This document shows positions 61,121 to 64,000 of a stretch of 64,000 bases of DNA, in pieces. This stretch comes from Actinomycetota bacterium (GTDB taxonomy: Bacteria > Actinomycetota > Actinomycetes > Actinomycetales > Microbacteriaceae). The stretch's first letter is position 1; each line of letters opens with the position of its first letter. The position numbers and the translations under genes are program-made. The notes under the pieces were generated by a model. The model saw nothing but the letters and a program-made list of their open reading frames with translations, was not told where the DNA came from and did no database searches. The stretch is taken from contig JBEENY010000001.1 of NCBI GenBank assembly GCA_041191905.1, forward strand, positions 3,760 to 67,759, read 5' to 3'.

Positions 61121-61881
61121 TAGCGCCTCTTTTCTTTGCGGGATCCTGCCTGTGCCGCCTCCATGAGTGCGGACACCTCGAGTCTACCCAACTCACGGAA
61201 CTGGCCAGGCTTGAGATTTCCCAATCGCAGCGGACCAAAACTCTTTCTCGTCAGTTCCAAAACCGGAAATCCAACTGCGTCAAACATCCGCCTTACGATG
61301 CGATTCTTACCGCTGTGCAGCACGACCTCTACAAGCGAAGTCTGCTCGTTCTGATCAAGAACTCGGGCTTTGTCAGCCTTCTGGAAGCCGTCTTCGAGTT
61401 TCACTCCGTCCATCAGACGCTGCATTTCCACCCGGGTGATCTTGCCCCTTACCTTTGCCACATAGAGCTTTTCAACTTCGTAGCTTGGGTGCGCCAGCTG
61501 ATTTGCCAACTCGCCGTCATTGGTCATCAGGAGAATACCCGTGGTATCGGCGTCCAAGCGACCGACGTTGAATACTCGATCTAGGCCAACAAAATAGTCA
61601 GCTAGGCAGCGCCTGCCATTCTCATCCGACATGGTCGAGACCACGCCCTTTGGTTTGTGAAATGCAAAATAAACACGGTCTGGATCAAGCTGAACTGGTC
61701 TACCATCAACCTGCACCTGGTCGAGATCTGGATTGATTCTGGAGCCAAGTTCCTTAACGACCTTGCCGTTGACTCGAACGCGCCCCTTGACGATTAGCTC
61801 CTCGCATACACGTCTGGATGCTACTCCCGCGCTGGCCAAAACCTTTTGGAGCCTGATGCCCTCTTGCTCAGTCAATGTCAT
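61120..61881 (-). CDS. RluB/RsuA-family pseudouridine synthase
   Basis: RLQKVLA.AGVASRR S4 domain, VGRLD..T.G, G.NRIVRRM; ATG 61881. Confidence 0.92.
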   Translation of the reverse strand: MTLTEQEGIRLQKVLASAGVASRRVCEELIVKGRVRVNGKVVKELGSRINPDLDQVQVDGRPVQLDPDRVYFAFHKPKGVVSTMSDENGRRCLADYFVGLDRVFNVGRLDADTTGILLMTNDGELANQLAHPSYEVEKLYVAKVRGKITRVEMQRLMDGVKLEDGFQKADKARVLDQNEQTSLVEVVLHSGKNRIVRRMFDAVGFPVLELTRKSFGPLRLGNLKPGQFRELGRLEVSALMEAAQAGSRKEKRR

Positions 61882-62416
61882 CCTGTCCAGGTAGGTATGG
61901 GCTAATTTGAGGAAGCTCATCGAGTGAGTTGATTCCCAAAACCTCAAGCAGTAGCTCGGTGGTTCCAAACATGGCGGCACCGGTTTCAGCATCAACGAAA
62001 AGCTCAGTGATCAGGCCCCTGGAGAGCAAGGTCCTAACTACCGAGTCAACGTTGACCCCTCGAATGGATGACACCTGACCTCTTGAGATTGGCTGGCGAT
62101 ATGCTATCACTGCCAAGGTTTCCAGGGCTGCTTGCGATAACTTCGCTGGATTCTCATTTGCCACCAGCTGCTTGACGGCCCAGTCATGGGCGGAGCGAAC
62201 GTAGAAACGGTAGCCGCCACCCACTTCTCTGAGCTCGAAACCTCGGCCGATACCACCGTTGGCCTCGTCGTATTCAATGCGAAGCTGTTCCAGCTCGCGC
62301 TTAACATCGTTTAGTGGAACCTCAAGGGCTCCAGCCAGTGTGACCAGGTTTAGTGGAGTCTCGGCAACAGTGAGGATGGCCTCCAGCGCTGCGCGGAGTT
62401 GAAGATCAGTCGTCAT
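61868..62416 (-). CDS. scpB: SMC-Scp complex subunit ScpB
   Basis: LSQAALETLAVIAYRQP.SR..IRGV. Confidence 0.95.
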   Translation of the reverse strand: MTTDLQLRAALEAILTVAETPLNLVTLAGALEVPLNDVKRELEQLRIEYDEANGGIGRGFELREVGGGYRFYVRSAHDWAVKQLVANENPAKLSQAALETLAVIAYRQPISRGQVSSIRGVNVDSVVRTLLSRGLITELFVDAETGAAMFGTTELLLEVLGINSLDELPQISPYLPGQDDID

Positions 62417-63209
62417 ACTCAGCTCCTAACTGGTTGAGCTTGGCCTCATCAAAAGACCTATCTTCCCACACCACCTGAAAATCAGAGAATGGGTCGGACT
62501 GTTTGAAACCGACGGCTCCCAGGCGATAGAGCTCCAAGAGACCAAGGAATCGCGCGACAAGTTCTGACCTGTCTTTGGCATCGGCGATCAACTCTCGGAA
62601 AGTCATGGTGGTTCGCTGTCGGAGGCGATCGACCATTAACCCAGCTTGCTCTCGAATGCTGACTCTTGGAGCGTGAAGGTGAGTCAAGCCAACGCCAGGA
62701 ATCTCCTTTGGGGCAAATGCCAGCTGAGCGAGCTGAGAAAACTCCGTGAGGCTCAGATCCCACCTCAGCTCTGGTCTGAGCTCTCGGAAGCGCTCCTCAA
62801 GGCGAACTGATCTTGGAATTCGCTCCCCTTCACGATCAAGCGAAGCGCTGAACCAAGAGGCAATTTCCTTGAAGGCTCGATACTGCAACAGTCTTGCGAA
62901 CAGCAGATCTCTGGCTTCAAGAAGTGCAACATCCTCGGCATCCACCACCTCACCTGCCGGAAGCAGGCTGGCAATCTTCAAGTCCAGCAAAGTGGCAGCA
63001 ACAACCAGAAATTCGCTTGCGCTCTCAATTTCGGCCTGTGCATCAAGCTGCTTGACGTAGTTGAGAAATTCGTCTGTTACTCGAGAGAGTGCGACTTGAG
63101 TGATGTCCAGCTCGTGCTTGCCGATGAGGCGAAGCAGCAGGTCAAATGGGCCGTCGAAATTGTCGAGTTGGATCCGAAAATCTATCTCAGATTCAAGCTG
63201 CACTGCCAC
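62406..63209 (-). CDS. scpA: Segregation/condensation protein ScpA
   Basis: FDGPFDLLL.LI, FLVVAATLL.LK, RFL.LLEL. Confidence 0.95.
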   Translation of the reverse strand: MAVQLESEIDFRIQLDNFDGPFDLLLRLIGKHELDITQVALSRVTDEFLNYVKQLDAQAEIESASEFLVVAATLLDLKIASLLPAGEVVDAEDVALLEARDLLFARLLQYRAFKEIASWFSASLDREGERIPRSVRLEERFRELRPELRWDLSLTEFSQLAQLAFAPKEIPGVGLTHLHAPRVSIREQAGLMVDRLRQRTTMTFRELIADAKDRSELVARFLGLLELYRLGAVGFKQSDPFSDFQVVWEDRSFDEAKLNQLGAEYDD

Positions 63210-64000
63210 GTTTGACTAGCTCTCTCGCCACCCGGCGATAGGCCTCGGCCGCCTCAGAAGTCGGCGCGAACTGAGTGATTGGCTTTCTAGCCACCGTCGC
63301 ATCCGGGAACTTCACGGTTCGGCCGATTGCAGTCTGGAAGACCATCCCGGGGAAGGCCTCCTGCAGACGCTCCAAAACCTCGCGGGAGTGCAGGGTTCTG
63401 GCGTCATGCATGGTTGGGATTAGACCATCAAGCTGCAGTGTCGGGTTGGTTCTGGCTTTCACCTTGTCGATGGTCTGAATAAGTAGTGCCACTCCACGCA
63501 ATGCAAAGAACTCGGTCGCCATCGGGATGAGAACACCGTGGGCTGCAGTGAGGGCGTTTACAGTGAGCAGACCTAGAGAAGGCTGGCAGTCAACGAAGAT
63601 GATGTCGTATTCGTCTTTCACCTTGTGCAGAATGCCCTCGAGCACTCGCTCACGACCCATCTCGGTGACAAGATTCATCTCTGCTGCGGATAGGTCGATG
63701 TTTGCCGGGATGATATCCAGATTCTCAACCTCGGTCTTTTGAATCGCTAGGTGGGGATCCATGGAAACGTTCATCATCAAGTCGTAGATGGTTGGGGCGT
63801 CCTGGTAATCCGCCGCCAAGTTAACTGAAAGTGCACCCTGTGGATCGAAGTCGACAACCAGCACCTTGCGGCCATACTCCGCGAGCGACGCAGCTAGGTT
63901 GATTGTTGTGGTGGTCTTTCCGACGCCGCCTTTTTGATTACACATGGCAATGATGCGAGCGGGCCCATGAGACTTCAGCTTTGCCGGGATTGGAAACTCT
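63193..64000 (-). CDS. ParA/Soj-family ATPase (Rv1708/PldP-like), 5'-truncated by window edge
   Basis: HGPARIIAMCNQKGGVGKTT, DFDPQ, DCQPSLG; frame open to window end; upstream of scpA. Confidence 0.92.
   Translation of the reverse strand, partial: EFPIPAKLKSHGPARIIAMCNQKGGVGKTTTTINLAASLAEYGRKVLVVDFDPQGALSVNLAADYQDAPTIYDLMMNVSMDPHLAIQKTEVENLDIIPANIDLSAAEMNLVTEMGRERVLEGILHKVKDEYDIIFVDCQPSLGLLTVNALTAAHGVLIPMATEFFALRGVALLIQTIDKVKARTNPTLQLDGLIPTMHDARTLHSREVLERLQEAFPGMVFQTAIGRTVKFPDATVARKPITQFAPTSEAAEAYRRVARELVKRGSAA

Noticed and set aside
61882-61995. Longer start for the RluB-like ORF
   Set aside because: Overlaps scpB extensively; homology begins near ATG 61881

Overview
Densely packed, moderately GC-rich actinobacterial chromosome segment. 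Gene content, gene order and very short or overlapping intergenic regions fit a streamlined Microbacteriaceae, plausibly a freshwater Luna-cluster organism such as Aquiluna or Rhodoluna (inference). It is almost entirely core genome: lnt-ppm1/rbpA, trpD, the cytochrome bcc-aa3 supercomplex genes (ctaE-qcrCAB and convergent ctaC-ctaD-ctaF) with tmRNA between them, hisD-nrdR-pyrD, dnaE, the dcw cluster (mraZ to divIVA-lspA-rluA), DAHP synthase/plsC/ROK/fadD/def/pyc, garA-ftsR-MerR, metF, tRNA-Pro(GGG) and the parA-scpAB-rluB-aroH-tyrA-cmk-der operon. Non-coding elements read from the sequence: the chromosomal dif site (3999-4026, so the window probably spans the terminus), an mraW RNA motif, MraZ operator repeats, two FtsR-type operators, GACAC(G)CC boxes, three terminators and at least nine apparently leaderless promoters. 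I found no integrase, transposase, phage gene, CRISPR array or defence island, and no clearly new multi-gene system. The best leads are regulatory architecture and protein-motif variants: a shared ctaE/ctaC promoter element, a MinD-like tail on an orphan ParA, a non-canonical MurE specificity motif, apparent erosion of Ser/Thr signalling, and tRNA-to-metF coupling.
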